Source: Octopus bimaculoides (lineage: Eukaryota). From it: a DNA stretch of 35,632 bases. Position 1 is the first letter of the stretch. Each line of letters opens with the position of its first letter. The notes beneath the pieces were generated by a model. The model had not been told where the DNA came from and did no database searches. It saw only the letters and a program-made list of their open reading frames with translations. Location: contig NC_068987.1 of assembly GCF_001194135.2 (NCBI RefSeq), positions 56,395,900-56,431,531 on the forward strand, in the 5' to 3' direction. Below, in pieces: positions 32,615 to 35,632 of the stretch. The position numbers and the translations under genes are program-made.

Positions 32615-32839
32615 TTAACCCTTTAGCATTCAGATTATTCTATCAAATGTAATGCTTATTCACATTGTTTTGAATTAATCATGCATTCTCTCAAAGCTTA
32701 AAGATTTCAATGATGTGAGTGTTTATTTTTAGACTGACATTGTAGGGTAAGCGTGAAAGACTGGATCTAGTCAGGTTGAACATAAAACAGGTAGAATATT
32801 TGGAACCAGATATGGCCAGTTTATGTGCTAAAGGGTTAA
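32615..32839. mobile_element. piggyBac-type MITE (TTAA-flanked), better-preserved copy
   Basis: TTAA-CCCTTTAGCA ... TGCTAAAGGG-TTAA: perfect 10-bp TIR, CCC/GGG ends and TTAA TSD; 225 bp. Confidence 0.9.
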
Positions 32840-33554
32840 ATCTCTTAAAGACCAGTTGGTATTGTATGAAACTAGGTTGATGGCCTTCTCGAAGAAATTA
32901 ATTAGCTTCATAGCTAGCTAATGACAAATAAATATAAAAATAAAGTTAAAAATTCCTACCACAATTGTATCAAGGAAAGAAATACCAGGCTGTTATGTGT
33001 CAATTACAATGAAACAAACAGCCACCATGACCATCACGTGAGATTTTGCAGTAAAATAAATTGAGCACAGTCCAGCTGGGACGTATATCAGTTCTGATAT
33101 AATTGATTCAACAGAGATTGTTTATTAGTAGTGAGGTGGAGGATTTACCTACGGCATTACAGCATATCAATATTGAACTATATGAATAAGAGTGCAACTT
33201 GGCTACTGCTGCTGGAATCTCTAGCTGTACAACATAAACAGGCATTATATTGTTCTTTACTGCCACATTGGGCCTGGTTGAACAAACCTTTGGGCTGTGA
33301 CTATCTCATTCTATTTTTTTTTTTTTTCCATTAAGCATGTTATATTTCAGCTTTCACTATCCAAAGTGTTCTTCTGTTTTCTAAAAGACAATAGGGTGCA
33401 ATTTGAGGTAGATTTCACTGTCATTTCCAGCAGACCAAACTATTACAGAGTCACTGTAAAGCTCTATATTCAATGTTTAACTGGAGCAAGTTGTACAATA
33501 GCATTACAGTTCAAAGATTAATATTGTAAACTCAATACTGCCATGGCAAGTAGT

Positions 33555-33589
<35 letters not shown>

Positions 33590-33779
33590 ATAAAATAATG
33601 AAGGCAGCTATATGCAATATAAAGCCAAAAAGGAAAAATTCAATAGTCACTAATTGAGACAGAGTGCAGGGCAGCATGTGGATCCAAGTGTTTTTTAACT
33701 CTTATTTCTAGCAATGTAGGTGCTACCCTGCACCTTCAGTCACAATTAGTGACAACTGAATTATATATCTACACAAGCA

Positions 33780-33878
33780 CATTTGCAACAGGAAGGGTAT
33801 CCAACATTAGAGAATATGCCTCAACAAATTCTGTCTGACCCATGCAAGCATGGTGAAAAGGGACATTAAATGATGATG
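33780..33878 (+). mobile_element. SINE tail C 3' end
   Basis: CAGGAAGGGTATCCAAC...CTGTCTGACCCATGCAAGCATGG...ATTAAATGATGATG. Confidence 0.7.
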
Positions 33879-34189
33879 TTGGTATATATCATTAGCTCTT
33901 TTAACATTAATTTTCCCTTGTAAGCATGGGGTACATGAAGCAGAATTTTACAGATGGATGCTGTTCCAGTCTTCAATCTTTACTATTTTACAAGTAAAGA
34001 ATTTTTTTAAATTCTAAATGTCTTCAAAAGTGCAGGGTGACCAGTCATAATAAAATCAGGGAATATAAAAGACCATTCAGTATTGTGTTAAAAAAAAAAA
34101 ACCCATGAAATTTCAAAATTCATGCACATTTGCACACTCATAGACACACATGCATGCACACGTGCACACACACACACACACACACACCA

Positions 34190-34272
34190 CTACTGTAGTT
34201 CCATGCAATGGGACTGAAACCAGAACTTTATGGTTGCAAAGTGAGTTTCTTAACCACACAGCTATATGTCTG
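34190..34272 (-). mobile_element. SINE head A 5' fragment within (CA)n/(TG)n-rich region
   Basis: CCATGCAATGGGACTGAAACCAGAAC...TTCTTAACCACACAGC. Confidence 0.65.
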
Positions 34273-34794
34273 CATGTGTATGTGTGCATGCTCACATGTG
34301 TGTGTGTTTCGCATGCTTGCATACTTTGTGTGTGTGTGCGTGTGTGTGTACACACAGAAAGAGAGAGATGTGGAAGAGGAGAGATAGAGAGAGAACAATA
34401 AATAGAAAACTATTCAAATTTAGATATATTCCAGGTTGAAGTCCTGACAGAGATCTCGTTTATTTTGTCCAACTAAACCTATCTTTTTAGTCCACAGGAG
34501 TTGTGTGTGTTAAAGATTGCATTTTTTTAAAATGTATTTCTCAACATTATTATATGGAATGAAAGACTGAGTCTTTGGGATTTGTCAGTCCCACAATCTC
34601 ACCTGGGAACTAACATTTGAGTTTTTGTAGACTTTCTAACTGTAATTAATTTTTGCAGGATTAAAAAAAAAAAAATTAAGATACCGTCTCAGTTAATCCA
34701 AGCTAAGGTAATTCATGCTGACATTTGAGACGGTGTAGATATCATTGTTGCATGTTTTTTGGGTAAGGATGGTGTTAATTAACCTTAATAATAA

Positions 34795-34995
34795 TTCTTT
34801 CTACTACAGACACAAGGACTAAAATTTTGGTAGTGGGAACTAGTCAATTACATTGATCCCAGTACTTGACTGGCAATTATTTCAGTGACACCGAAAGGAT
34901 GAAAGACAAAGTCAACCTGGGTAGAATTTTAGCTCAGAACACAAAGACAGGCCAACCATTTTGTCTGGTGTGCTGACAATTCTGTCAGCTTGCTA
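34795..34995 (-). mobile_element. SINE family E copy
   Basis: GATCCCAGTACTTGACTGG...ACACCGAAAGGATGAAAGACAAAGTCAACC. Confidence 0.75.
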
Positions 34996-35087
34996 CCAAA
35001 ATAATGACTTCTTTTATTTTTATTACCATGTTCTGATGGTTGGACATGTGTGCATTTCAATTTTTCCTATTTTCCTTCTCTGTTCTA

Positions 35088-35445
35088 ATCATCATCATCA
35101 TCATCATCCAGTGTTTTAAATTTGGGTTTTGTCACTGTAAACAGGGGTGGCTGGATCTACCTCACTAACATAGCAACTGTCCTCACACCATTTCACCCTG
35201 TTTTGGGCATCTTCCTTTTTCAAACCAACCCTCCCAATCTTCTCCACCTTTTCCGTGGTCTCCCTTGCTTTCGCGCTCTATTTGCCTCAAATGCAATCTT
35301 CCTCCTCAGACATCCATCCTCAACACATGCACATACCACCTCACTCCATTCGCCCTTGCCAACGATTCCTCCAGCCTCAGCATACTCATCAAATCCTCAG
35401 TCCTCCTCTTATCAAACAGCTTCATCCCACACATTCTTCTCACCT
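35088..35445 (-). mobile_element. RTE-clade LINE 3' end (ORF2 C-terminus + short 3' UTR + (TGA)n tail), decayed
   Basis: VRRMCGMKLFDKRRTEDLMSMLRLEESLARANGVRWYVHVLRM / KQGRPRKRW / GLKKEDAQNRVKW across frameshifts, then GAGGTAGATCCAGCCACCCC... ending GATGATGATGATGAT. Confidence 0.85.
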
Positions 35446-35585
35446 ATTCTTTGGAAGATGAGTATGGTAAAAGATATTTCCTTCTTTTTTCTCCACTTTC
35501 TGAGCATCAGGCTAATATCAACACTGTTTATTTTTTACCTCATCTTTGTGTTGTTCTTTTTGTAACCTTTGCACTACACAAACAG

Positions 35586-35632
<47 letters not shown>
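35586..35632. repeat. (AT)n(AG)n compound microsatellite
   Basis: Direct reading. Confidence 0.95.

Noticed and set aside
35122-35565. 147-aa plus-strand ORF
   Set aside because: Antisense shadow of the decayed RTE 3' end.
1-35632. CRISPR array or prokaryotic defence-type system
   Set aside because: No regularly spaced repeat-spacer structure and no gene-dense operon; the sequence is eukaryotic repeat-rich DNA.

Overview
AT-rich, repeat-dense eukaryotic DNA with six N-gaps and many (TA)n/(TG)n/(CA)n microsatellites. The repeat families resemble those I recall from Octopus genomes; this taxon call is an inference and no search was run. The window looks intronic or intergenic. I find no complete protein-coding gene, RNA gene or CRISPR array, and most ORF-track entries are microsatellite, gap or repeat read-through. 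Recognisable protein-coding remnants are all transposon-derived: an uninterrupted RTE-type reverse transcriptase segment at the left edge (minus strand, missed by the ORF track), a DD34D mariner C-terminus, and decayed CR1-like and RTE-like fragments. The dominant element is a tRNA-headed SINE with an internal microsatellite. Its head ('A') is joined to either of two tails ('B' or 'C'), and the microsatellite repeatedly hosts nested insertions. Other SINE families, hAT-type MITEs and TTAA-flanked piggyBac-type MITEs are also present. I do not see convincing evidence of a novel biological system; the most interesting signals concern transposon architecture.
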